A stretch of DNA of 64,000 bases from Planctomycetota bacterium. Its GTDB lineage: Bacteria > Planctomycetota > Brocadiia > JAADGH01. Both the position numbers and the translations under genes were made by a program. The stretch is taken from positions 32,001 through 96,000 of the forward strand of contig JBFMAD010000005.1 in the NCBI GenBank assembly GCA_040755855.1, given 5' to 3'. How positions within the stretch are numbered: position 1 is the first letter of the stretch; each line of letters starts with the position of its first letter. A model generated the notes under the pieces. The model ran no database searches and was not told where the DNA came from. It was given only the letters and a program-made list of their open reading frames with translations. Below are positions 42,825 to 51,478 of this stretch, one piece after another.

Positions 42825-43931
42825 GTGTCGAATCGAGCGATTGTCTGCAACGCCTCCTACGCGAACAAGGACCGGCTGCAGGGAGTGATTTCGGACATCC
42901 TGAACGCCTTCGCTCTCGATGTGCAGGGGCGTTCGGTGCTGGTCAAGCCGAATATCCTCGGCCCCTTCGAGGCGGAGCGCGGGATCACGACGCACCCCGC
43001 CGTCGTTCACGCGATCGTGGCCGAGGTAACGCGGCAGGGGGGGCGGGTGATGGTGGGGGACAACCCGGGAATCTATAGCAAAGGCTCGAACATCCGATGC
43101 GCCATGACGTGTGGCATCTACGAGGTCTGCGCGGAGGTGTTCACGAACCTTGGCGAGCGTCCGACGGAGGTCGAGACCAGGTCTAAGTATGCGAAGCGGT
43201 TCCTGGTTTCGGAGCCAATCTTGGAGGCAGACCTCGTCATATCGCTTGCGAAGTTCAAGACGCACCTGCTGACGGGGATCACGGGGGCGGTAAAGAATAC
43301 ATACGGCTATCTGGTGGGGGCGCAGAAGTCGAGGCTGCATAGCGCGGCGCGGACGAACGAGGAGTTCAGCGAGGCCGTGGTGGATGTGTATCAGGTGCGG
43401 CCGCCCGACTTCGCCCTCATTGACGGCGTGGTCGGCATGGAGGGCATGGGGCCGTCGGGGGGCAGGCTTCGCGATGTTGGCAAGATCATCGGGAGCGACA
43501 ATTGTGTCGTCGCCGATGCGGCGATGACTCTGATGATGGGGGCGGACTCGCAGGGCATCGCGCATCTGAACGCGGCGAAGCGGCGGGGGCTGGGAGAGAA
43601 CGACCCGAAAAAGATCGAGATCGAGGGGGACTTCGAGGTAGTTCCCCATTATAGGATGCCGTCGCCCATCTTCCGCAGTTGGCTTCTCACGGCCATCAGC
43701 CGGGCCTACACCCGGATCGTAGTGAAGCAGCCGAGGCTGCGGAAGGAGCGGTGTCGGCGGTGCGGTCTCTGCGCAACGGCCTGTCCGGCGGAGGCGATTT
43801 CGCTGGCGCCGTATCCGGTCTTCGATCGGACGAAATGTTTTTCTTGCTTTTGCTGCCATGAATATTGTAAGGAGAAGGCGATTGACGTGGTGAAAACCAT
43901 TCGCCTCTCCCGTTGGTTCAGGAGAGAATAG
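42825..43931 (+). CDS. DUF362 protein with C-terminal 2[4Fe-4S] ferredoxin domain
   Basis: LVKPN, TTHP, KFKTH, TGAVKN, MEGMGPS; CRRCGLCATACP and CFSCFCCHEYC. Confidence 0.85.
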   Translation: MSNRAIVCNASYANKDRLQGVISDILNAFALDVQGRSVLVKPNILGPFEAERGITTHPAVVHAIVAEVTRQGGRVMVGDNPGIYSKGSNIRCAMTCGIYEVCAEVFTNLGERPTEVETRSKYAKRFLVSEPILEADLVISLAKFKTHLLTGITGAVKNTYGYLVGAQKSRLHSAARTNEEFSEAVVDVYQVRPPDFALIDGVVGMEGMGPSGGRLRDVGKIIGSDNCVVADAAMTLMMGADSQGIAHLNAAKRRGLGENDPKKIEIEGDFEVVPHYRMPSPIFRSWLLTAISRAYTRIVVKQPRLRKERCRRCGLCATACPAEAISLAPYPVFDRTKCFSCFCCHEYCKEKAIDVVKTIRLSRWFRRE

Positions 43932-43965
43932 TCAGGACTATAGGACACGTTTGAGGGAGAAGAGT

Positions 43966-44775
43966 ATGGGAAATGCGAAGAGGAAGATGTGTTGGGGATT
44001 GATGGCTATTGTAACCGGGGCGCTGTTGGTAGTCGCGTCCGGAGGCGCTTCGGCGGCGGACCCGGACCCGATGAAGCTCCTCTACGAATGTAAGGCGGCC
44101 TGTGAGAAGATCAAGGATTACACAGCCGTTTTCTCCAAACAGGAGCAGGTGAAGGGCGAACTCAAGCCGAAGGAGACGATGGAGATGAAGTTCCGGGCCA
44201 GGCCCTTCAGCGTTTACATGCTCTGGCAGAATCCCCACAAGGGCCGCGAGGTCATCTACCATGAAGGGAAATACAACAACCATGTGGTCGGCCACCAGCG
44301 TGTCGGCTTCCTGAATTTCAGCAAACGCACCGACCCGACCAGCCCGGAGGCGCTGGAGCACAGCCCGAGGCCCATCACCCAGGCCGGATTCCTGAACACC
44401 ATCAATGTGATCATCGAAAAAACCGAGCTCGCCAAGAAGAACAACGAAATGCTCATCAGTTACCTTGGGACCGAAGTCTGGGACAATCGCCCCGTGCATG
44501 TCGTCTGCCGCAGCTTCACTTGGCCGCGGCCGGAGTACCCGGTTTACATCGGCATCTTTTATATTGACAAGGAACACATGGTTCCTGTCAAGGTGGCCGG
44601 ATATGACTGGGACCACCAACTCACCGGCCTCTACACCTACAGCACCGTCAAGCTCAATGTAGGACTGGCCGACAAGGACTTTGACATCGAAAATGAGAAG
44701 TATGACTTCCCGAAGGAACTATTCAAAGACTTTAAGCTCCCCCTCTGGCCCTTTGGGGACAAGAAGAAGCAGTAG
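43966..44775 (+). CDS. Secreted DUF1571-like protein
   Basis: Signal peptide; DYTAVFSKQEQV, KFR..PFSVYM.W, GREVIY, LNVGL.D.DF. Confidence 0.72.
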   Translation: MGNAKRKMCWGLMAIVTGALLVVASGGASAADPDPMKLLYECKAACEKIKDYTAVFSKQEQVKGELKPKETMEMKFRARPFSVYMLWQNPHKGREVIYHEGKYNNHVVGHQRVGFLNFSKRTDPTSPEALEHSPRPITQAGFLNTINVIIEKTELAKKNNEMLISYLGTEVWDNRPVHVVCRSFTWPRPEYPVYIGIFYIDKEHMVPVKVAGYDWDHQLTGLYTYSTVKLNVGLADKDFDIENEKYDFPKELFKDFKLPLWPFGDKKKQ

Positions 44776-44805
44776 GCTCCTTTCCTGCAGTTGAAGGCGT
44801 TCCAG

Positions 44806-44840
44806 GCGGGGCGAGAGTTCCTCCTCGCCCCGCTTGTTTT
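44806..44840 (+). terminator. Rho-independent terminator
   Basis: GCGGGGCGAG-8 nt-CTCGCCCCGC followed by TTGTTTT. Confidence 0.65.
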
Positions 44841-44858
44841 CCGAACAGAAGGTCCCGG

Positions 44859-45989
44859 ATGAAACTGGCGGGATTCCATCTCTATCACATCCAAATTCCC
44901 TTCAAAATCCGCTTCGGCCATGCCGGCGCGAGTCGGGACTGCTCCGACAGCATCGTCGTGCGCCTGGCCGCCGCCGACGGCGCCGTCGGCCTCGGAGAGG
45001 GCGCGCCGCGGGAATACGTCACCGGCGAGACATCGGACACCGCCCTTCGGGAGATCGAATCCGCCGCCCACGCCATCGCCGGCGGGCTGGCCTCCCCGGA
45101 TGCGCTGAATTTCATCCGACGCCGTCTGCCCGACCTCGTGAAGGGCAACGCCGCCCGTTGCGCTGTAGAGATGGCGGCCCTCGACCTCCTCAGCAGGTCC
45201 GTAGGCAAATCCATCCCCGATCTCCTGGGGCGAGCGCCCGTCCCCGGCTTCCGCCCCCGTTACAGCGGCGTTATCGGGGTGGGGCGAGGGTGGAAAACCG
45301 CCTGGTCTGCCCTCAAGATGTGGATCTATGGATTCCGCGATGTAAAGATCAAGGTCGGCATCTCCCTCGATCAGGACGTGGCAACGGCGAAAACGGCCCG
45401 CATGATCCTCGGCCGAGCCATTGATCTCCGCGCCGATGCCAACGGCGCATGGACCCTCGACGAGGCCGAAGTTGTGCTGCAAGCCCTCTCGCCCTTCGGC
45501 ATCTCCTGCATCGAACAGCCCCTCCCGCCGGAGCAGGACGATGATCTGCCCCGCCTTCGGGAAAAGACGCCTGCGCCGATCATGCTCGACGAGTCGCTCT
45601 GCACCATGAACGACGCCCGGCGCGCCGTCGAACGGGGCGCGTGCGATATGTTCAACATCCGTCTCTCGAAGTGCGGCGGATTGCTTGCATCGCTCGATAT
45701 CGCCGACTATGCGGCCCGAAACGGGATCAAATGCCAGTTGGGGTGCCAGGTCGGCGAGACGGGCATCCTATCCGCCGCGGGCCGCCTCTTCAGCTCCCTC
45801 GTCCCGGACCTCATCCACCTGGAGGGGTCCTACGAGCGCCACCTCCTCGCGGAGGACATCACCAACGAGCGCGTCCGTTTCGGCTACGGCGGCTGGGCGG
45901 ACCTTCTCCCCGGCCTCGGTCTCGGCATCTCCGTCGCTGAAAATGCCTTGAAGAAACATGTGAGGCGGGTCTTGGAAGTAAAATGGTGA
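44859..45989 (+). CDS. Enolase superfamily enzyme (muconate lactonizing / dipeptide epimerase subgroup)
   Basis: KIK, DAN, EQP, DES, NIRLSKCGG, PGLG. Confidence 0.85.
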   Translation: MKLAGFHLYHIQIPFKIRFGHAGASRDCSDSIVVRLAAADGAVGLGEGAPREYVTGETSDTALREIESAAHAIAGGLASPDALNFIRRRLPDLVKGNAARCAVEMAALDLLSRSVGKSIPDLLGRAPVPGFRPRYSGVIGVGRGWKTAWSALKMWIYGFRDVKIKVGISLDQDVATAKTARMILGRAIDLRADANGAWTLDEAEVVLQALSPFGISCIEQPLPPEQDDDLPRLREKTPAPIMLDESLCTMNDARRAVERGACDMFNIRLSKCGGLLASLDIADYAARNGIKCQLGCQVGETGILSAAGRLFSSLVPDLIHLEGSYERHLLAEDITNERVRFGYGGWADLLPGLGLGISVAENALKKHVRRVLEVKW

Positions 45990-46819
45990 CGATGGAGATC
46001 GGAAACTACACCGCATCCGACGGGAAAATCCTTCGCTTCCGCGAGTGGCGGCCGGAGGCGTATGGCTCCATCGTCGTGAACGTCCACGGTATCCAGAGCC
46101 ACAGCGGCTGGTTCGTGGGATCGTGCGAACACCTCGCAAAGAACGGTGCGAGGGTGGTATCCATTGACCGCCGGGGATCGGGGCTGAATGAAGAGAAGCG
46201 CGGCCACACGCCAAGCGGGAGGCAATTGGTTGAGGACCTACAAGCGATCATCGAGGAGCTCCGAAGGGATGCGCCGGGCAAGAAGCTCCACCTCCTCGGT
46301 GTCTGCTGGGGGGGCAAGCCGGCCGCTATCCTTGCCGGTCTGCGGCCGGATCTGGTGGATTCTCTCATCCTCTCCTCGCCGGGCCTGGCGGCCAAGGTGC
46401 GGCCGACGGCGCTGGAATGTGCGCTGATCGGGATTTGCTCTTTGGCGTGGCCCGGACGACTGTTCCGGATTCCCATCGAACGGGCCGAGATGTTCACGGC
46501 CAATCCCGACCGAATCGCCTTCATCAACAGCGACCTGATGCGCCTCGACCGCGCCACGGCGCGGCTCATGGCGGAGAGCAAACGACTCGACTGGCTTCTG
46601 GCGAAAGTCGCCCCAGACATCCAGGCGCCCGCCCTGCTCCTCCTCTCGGGGTGCGACGAGATAGTGGACAACGAGGGGAACCGGCGCATCTTCGACCGAT
46701 TCGGTTCCACGGAGAAGCGGATCGAACTGTTCGACGAGGCGCGTCACATGCTCGAATTCGAGCCGAACGCATCGCGGTACTTTGAGACGTTGGCGAGATG
46801 GATCAGAGAACTTTCTTGA
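45983..46819 (+). CDS. Lysophospholipase-like alpha/beta hydrolase with Cys at the nucleophile position
   Basis: HGIQSHSGW, DRRGSG, GVCWGG, D (CDEIVD), H (ARHML). Confidence 0.8.
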   Translation: MVTMEIGNYTASDGKILRFREWRPEAYGSIVVNVHGIQSHSGWFVGSCEHLAKNGARVVSIDRRGSGLNEEKRGHTPSGRQLVEDLQAIIEELRRDAPGKKLHLLGVCWGGKPAAILAGLRPDLVDSLILSSPGLAAKVRPTALECALIGICSLAWPGRLFRIPIERAEMFTANPDRIAFINSDLMRLDRATARLMAESKRLDWLLAKVAPDIQAPALLLLSGCDEIVDNEGNRRIFDRFGSTEKRIELFDEARHMLEFEPNASRYFETLARWIRELS

Positions 46820-47961
46820 GCAGGTTCTGCCTTTTCATTCTTATCCTTGACCTGTCGGGCTGTTTGCTCAAGAGGGAAGGGACCGTCCAGGTCCCCCTCC
46901 TCCCACGGGGCAAGGAGAACGAGACGCACTTTGCGAAGACGGAGGACGGTTGGGAGATCGCCCTGCGCCGCTTCCGACCGGAGACGCTGAGTAACGACCG
47001 CATCCCGGTCATCCTCTGCCACGGCCTGGGCTATAATGGCCGATTCTGGGACTTGGACACCGAGCACGATTTTCCCTCCTACCTCCGCGACGCGGGCTAT
47101 GACACCTGGGTGGTGGACCTGCGCGGCGCGGGCCAGAGCGCCAAACCAGCCTGGCAATTCGCCCGCCTCCCGGAACTCGAGCCCGCCAAGCTGACTCGAA
47201 TGAAGCTGGACGATCCCGACTGGTGCGCCGACGAGCACATCCGCTATGACGTCCCCGCCGCCATTGACCTCGTCCGCAGGGAAACCGGCCGCGACAAAGT
47301 CGCCTGGGTGGGGCACAGCCTCGGGGGCATGATTATGTTCGGCCACATCGAGCGCTTCGGCGACGACAAGGTCCAATGCGTCGCGACGATCGGCTCGCCC
47401 CTCATCATCCCACGCCCCCCAAACAACATCGTCCGCGACATCCCCGGCTTCCGGGGGCTGATGAAGATGGTCAACAACCGATGGCAGGCCATCGCCGGCG
47501 CGGCCACGCTGAGCCAGATCAAGTCGCCCGTTGACACCCTCTTCTACAACGACGACAACGTCGCTTTCCCCGTCATCATGGGCCTCTACCTCCACGCGAC
47601 GGAGGATGTTCCCTCGAAGCTCATCGAGCAAACCCTCCTCCTCGCCGAGACCGGCGAGTTCAAGGCCATGGATGGCTCGTTTAATTACACCGCCGAGATT
47701 CCCCGCGTTAAAACACCTATCCTCCTCGTCGCCGGCAAGGTGGACAATCTGGGCGACTGCGAGGGCGTGCGTGAAGCGTATAACCGCGTCTCATCCCCCG
47801 ACAAAACCTTTCGCCTTTTTGGCCTTGCCAACGGCGATTCCATTGACTATGGTCATGACGATCTGGTCATCGGAAAACATGCCCCCAAGGAGGTCTTCCC
47901 ATTCATTCGGAACTGGCTGGACAAGAGAACACTGGTCGCAAGCGCCTGCTCCCCGAAGTAG
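46798..47961 (+). CDS. Alpha/beta hydrolase lipoprotein (lipase-like)
   Basis: Lipobox LSGC, CHGLG, DLRGAG, GHSLGG, YGHDDL. Confidence 0.8.
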   Translation: MDQRTFLSRFCLFILILDLSGCLLKREGTVQVPLLPRGKENETHFAKTEDGWEIALRRFRPETLSNDRIPVILCHGLGYNGRFWDLDTEHDFPSYLRDAGYDTWVVDLRGAGQSAKPAWQFARLPELEPAKLTRMKLDDPDWCADEHIRYDVPAAIDLVRRETGRDKVAWVGHSLGGMIMFGHIERFGDDKVQCVATIGSPLIIPRPPNNIVRDIPGFRGLMKMVNNRWQAIAGAATLSQIKSPVDTLFYNDDNVAFPVIMGLYLHATEDVPSKLIEQTLLLAETGEFKAMDGSFNYTAEIPRVKTPILLVAGKVDNLGDCEGVREAYNRVSSPDKTFRLFGLANGDSIDYGHDDLVIGKHAPKEVFPFIRNWLDKRTLVASACSPK

Positions 47962-47978
47962 AGGCGTTCCTTGACTAC

Positions 47979-48836
47979 TTGCTCGTCGAGTGCGGCCTGG
48001 CTGAGAACACCTTGAGGGCCTACGGCGCGGACCTGAAGAAGTTTGTCGCGTTCCTACTCGCCAAGGGCCGGTCCATCCACAGCGCCACGCGGGACCACTT
48101 CGTCCAGTTCATGATGGAACAAAAGGGCCAGGGCCTGGCCGTCAGCTCCATCGCCCGATACCTCGTGGCTATCAAGATGTTCTACCGCTTCCTCTACACC
48201 GAGGGCCAGATCAAGAAGGACGTGACGTCCACCTTCGAGACCCCGCGCATCTGGTCGCGCCTGCCGGAGGTCCTCAGCCCCCGCGACGTGGACCGCCTGA
48301 TGGCGGCCCCCGACCGCGCCGTCCCTCTCGGCATGCGCGACGCCGCCCTGCTGGAGATGCTCTACGCCACCGGCGCCCGCGTCTCCGAGGTGGCCCGGAT
48401 GCGCCTGCAGGACGTGAACCTCGAATATGGATATGTCCGATGCTTCGGCAAGGGATCGAAGGAACGTATCGTCCCGCTCGGCGAGGCGGCGGTCCAGTGC
48501 GTGAAAATCTACCGGGATACGATCCGTTCGAACCTCCTGCCGAAAAAGGGGCCGGTTTGCGATGTCCTCTTCCTGTCAAAAAAAAGAACGCCCCTCCGGA
48601 GGGAGACGATCTGGAAGATCGTGAAAAAATATGTCCGTCAGTTCGGCCTGCGCGCGGCCGTGTCGCCCCACACGCTCCGCCACTCCTTCGCCACCCATCT
48701 CCTGGAGCGCGGGGCCGACCTGCGTTCCGTCCAGGAAATGCTGGGGCATGTGGACATTGCCACCACGCAACGCTATACTCATGTGGACCAGGAACGGCTT
48801 AAGTCTGTTCACAAACAATATCACCCGCGGGGATAG
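47979..48836 (+). CDS. xerD: Tyrosine recombinase XerD (true start probably upstream)
   Basis: LYATGARVSE, GKGSKER, HTLRHSFATHLL, LGH...TTQRY, YHPR. Confidence 0.9.
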   Translation: MLVECGLAENTLRAYGADLKKFVAFLLAKGRSIHSATRDHFVQFMMEQKGQGLAVSSIARYLVAIKMFYRFLYTEGQIKKDVTSTFETPRIWSRLPEVLSPRDVDRLMAAPDRAVPLGMRDAALLEMLYATGARVSEVARMRLQDVNLEYGYVRCFGKGSKERIVPLGEAAVQCVKIYRDTIRSNLLPKKGPVCDVLFLSKKRTPLRRETIWKIVKKYVRQFGLRAAVSPHTLRHSFATHLLERGADLRSVQEMLGHVDIATTQRYTHVDQERLKSVHKQYHPRG

Positions 48837-48858
48837 TCGCGCTTAAAGGCGGTAAACT

Positions 48859-50391
48859 ATGAAGAAGAACTGTTGGGAATACAAAGGCTGCGGGCGAGGG
48901 CCGGGCGGCGGCAAATCCTGCTCCGCCGGGTCAACCACCGCCTGCGACGGCATCAACTCCGGTCGCAACGCGGGGCGAATCTGCTGGAGCATCGCGGGGA
49001 CGCTATCCGGCGCCCCTTCCGACTGCCGCTTCGCGCAGGGCCAGATCACCTGCCTTGACTGCGATTTCTATCAACTTGTCGCGCAGGAGGAGGGCGGCGC
49101 GTTCCAGCATGTCCTCCTTGGTCGGGAAGCGGCCAGCCGTGAAGAACTCCAGAAAAAGCTATTCGAAGTCCAACGCCTCCTCCACATCGGCTATAAGTTG
49201 CTGATGGACGTGGACTTGGACGAGGTGCTCAAGAACATTGTCGCCGAGGCGTGCAGCGTGATGAACGCTGAGCGGGGCACAGTTTACATCATTGACGAAG
49301 CCAGCCATTCCTTGCGGTCGAGGGTCATCAAGTCCGCCGAACTTAGCGAGGTCATTGTCCCCATTGACGACACAAGCATCGCCGGCTACGTAGCCAACAA
49401 CGGGACCACCGTCAACATCAAGGATGCCTACGAGGACCTCAGCGCCGTGTCCCACAAGATTCGGTTCAACCGCGCCTTCGACCAGGCCAGCGGCTTCCGA
49501 ACGCGATCGGTCCTTGCCGTGCCCATCCGCGTCGGCGGCGGCCTCACCGGCGTCATCCAGGTCCTGAACAAGCGCGACGGCGCATTCACGCCGGAGGACG
49601 AGTGGTTCCTCTGCCGCTTCGCTACGGAGGCCGGCCTGGCGCTCAACCACGCGAGGCTGTTCGATGACATCCGCACCCTCAAGGAACTGGACAAGATGAA
49701 ATCGGAGTTTGTGGACATGTTCACCCACGAGCTCAAGTCCCCCCTGGCCACCATTCAGACCACGCTGGACATTCTTCTGCGCCCCGATGTCAAACTGACC
49801 GAGGAAAAGCGACGGGAGTTTATCGCCCGCATGAGGGATCGGACGGCGCGGCTCGGCGAACTCATCAAGGACCTGATGGAGCTGAGCAAGATCAAGCGCG
49901 GCGCCGCGCTCGGGGATGTGGCGCCCCGATCCGTACGGGACGTGCTGGGCAAGGTGACTAACGGACTCCGCACCGCCGCGGAACATAAGCGTATCGCCCT
50001 TGACGTGTCGCTGCCCGACGCCGATCCCCTCGTGCGCGCCGACGAACAGACCCTGAGGCTGATCATCTCCAATCTGATCGGCAATGCGATCAAGTATTCG
50101 CCGGAGGGGAGGCCCGTCGGCGTGCGCCTTGCGGCGCGGCCATCCGAAGTCCTTGTGAGCGTGGCCGATCGGGGGATCGGCATCCCGGAGGCTGAGCAGG
50201 ACAAGTTGTTTGGCGAGTTCTTCCGTGCGTCGAACGCAAAACGATCCGGGATCGAGGGGACCGGTCTTGGACTTGCAGGCGTAAAGCAGTTGGTCGAGCG
50301 CTTCGGGGGCGACATCTGGTTCAAGAGCAAGGAGAACGAGGGGACGACCTTCTTCGTACGCTTTCCCCGAGCCGCTCCGCCGGGCGACTGA
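48859..50391 (+). CDS. Sensor histidine kinase with N-terminal Cys-rich two-CW-like domain and GAF domain
   Basis: NCWE...C...CW...C..C.FY; GAF (NKRDGAF); THELKSP; NAIKY, DRGIG, GTGLGL. Confidence 0.88.
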   Translation: MKKNCWEYKGCGRGPGGGKSCSAGSTTACDGINSGRNAGRICWSIAGTLSGAPSDCRFAQGQITCLDCDFYQLVAQEEGGAFQHVLLGREAASREELQKKLFEVQRLLHIGYKLLMDVDLDEVLKNIVAEACSVMNAERGTVYIIDEASHSLRSRVIKSAELSEVIVPIDDTSIAGYVANNGTTVNIKDAYEDLSAVSHKIRFNRAFDQASGFRTRSVLAVPIRVGGGLTGVIQVLNKRDGAFTPEDEWFLCRFATEAGLALNHARLFDDIRTLKELDKMKSEFVDMFTHELKSPLATIQTTLDILLRPDVKLTEEKRREFIARMRDRTARLGELIKDLMELSKIKRGAALGDVAPRSVRDVLGKVTNGLRTAAEHKRIALDVSLPDADPLVRADEQTLRLIISNLIGNAIKYSPEGRPVGVRLAARPSEVLVSVADRGIGIPEAEQDKLFGEFFRASNAKRSGIEGTGLGLAGVKQLVERFGGDIWFKSKENEGTTFFVRFPRAAPPGD

Positions 50392-50425
50392 TTTTTTTCA
50401 CATGCTGTATATCGAGGAATTAAAG

Positions 50426-50502
50426 TGGTGGGCGATAGAGGACTCGGACCTCTGACCTCTTGCTTGTAAGGCAAACGCTCTAGCCAACTGAGCTAATCGC
50501 CC
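50426..50502 (-). tRNA. tRNA-Val(TAC)
   Basis: Reverse complement GGGCGATTAGCTCAGTTGG...CT-TAC-AA...GGTCCGAGTCC...CCACCA. Confidence 0.93.
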
Positions 50503-50848
50503 ACAGCGCTTGAGCTATGCCTACGGTATCGAATTTGCGGTCCATTGTCAATAACAAAGTGGTTTTGTGATTTTCACGAAAGGGTAAAAAAGCCCTGTTT
50601 TGGACGGTTTTGGACATATTAAAGGCACAATTTTAGCGTAAGGCGATCCTGGTTTTCGGAGTACTCTTTCTCGAGCAGTCATCAGTATGGTTTCTTCATG
50701 GATCGAAGACAAAAGGAGATGTCGTCTTGAAGCCTGGCGCTTAACCGTTTTCCCCTTTCCACTTCCATCCCCGCCACCAAACTTCTCCACCTCCGCCAGA
50801 ACATGAATGACCGAGAGTAGCGAGTCCCCCCACCGCGAAGGCGCAATG

Positions 50849-51478
50849 TCATTCCTCCTCTTTGCCGTCGTCTTTTACTTCTTCCTTTTTGAAGGGAATG
50901 GTCCAGAGGTAGATGTCGTGGTCCGTCTCGTCCTCCTGGGACCGCATGGTGACGACCTTATCGGGCTTGCAGCCGGCCATGTCAAACTCGTGGGAAACAA
51001 TTCGTGAACCGGGTTTGAGCTTCTCCAATTGCGGAATCAGTCTGACGTTGAGTTCCGGTAGCAGGTAGAGCGTAACGACGCTGGCGGGGGTAAGGTCAAG
51101 TTCGAAAATATTTTTTTGCTCAATTGTGACCAGATTTTCCACTTTGCCGTTTTTCACATTTTCCAGTGATTCCTTAATGCGTTCGGGATCTACGTCGAAT
51201 CCCCAGGCTCGGCAGCCGTATTTTTGCGCTGCGGTTACGACGATCCGGCCATCACCGCAGCCGAGGTCGTACAAGACGTCTTCCTTTTTCACGCCGGCAA
51301 TCTCCAACATTCGCAGCACCACATCTTCCGGCGTAGGGACGAAAATAACGTCAGGGTCGTGGGCCTCGGCCGGCTGAGCGGGGGGCTCTTGCGCTCGAAT
51401 CGGCCGCCTCTCTATATGCGTGAGAGTTATTGCCAGGACCAAAAGAATCCCACCGACCAAAAGGACTCGTCTCATCAT
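50849..51478 (-). CDS. Class I SAM-dependent methyltransferase with N-terminal signal/anchor
   Basis: FVPTP, YDLGCGDGRI, TLYLLP, PGSRIVSHEF. Confidence 0.85.
   Translation of the reverse strand: MMRRVLLVGGILLVLAITLTHIERRPIRAQEPPAQPAEAHDPDVIFVPTPEDVVLRMLEIAGVKKEDVLYDLGCGDGRIVVTAAQKYGCRAWGFDVDPERIKESLENVKNGKVENLVTIEQKNIFELDLTPASVVTLYLLPELNVRLIPQLEKLKPGSRIVSHEFDMAGCKPDKVVTMRSQEDETDHDIYLWTIPFKKEEVKDDGKEEE

Noticed and set aside
37090..43859. Long antisense ORFs (543 aa at 37090-38721, 571 aa at 42144-43859) and similar ones across the window
   Set aside because: Typical high-GC shadow frames opposite well-supported genes, with no recognisable motifs.
47979..50502. Tyrosine recombinase near a tRNA as a prophage or island integrase
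   Set aside because: Motifs and length fit housekeeping XerD. I saw no att duplication or phage genes, and a kinase gene lies between it and the tRNA.
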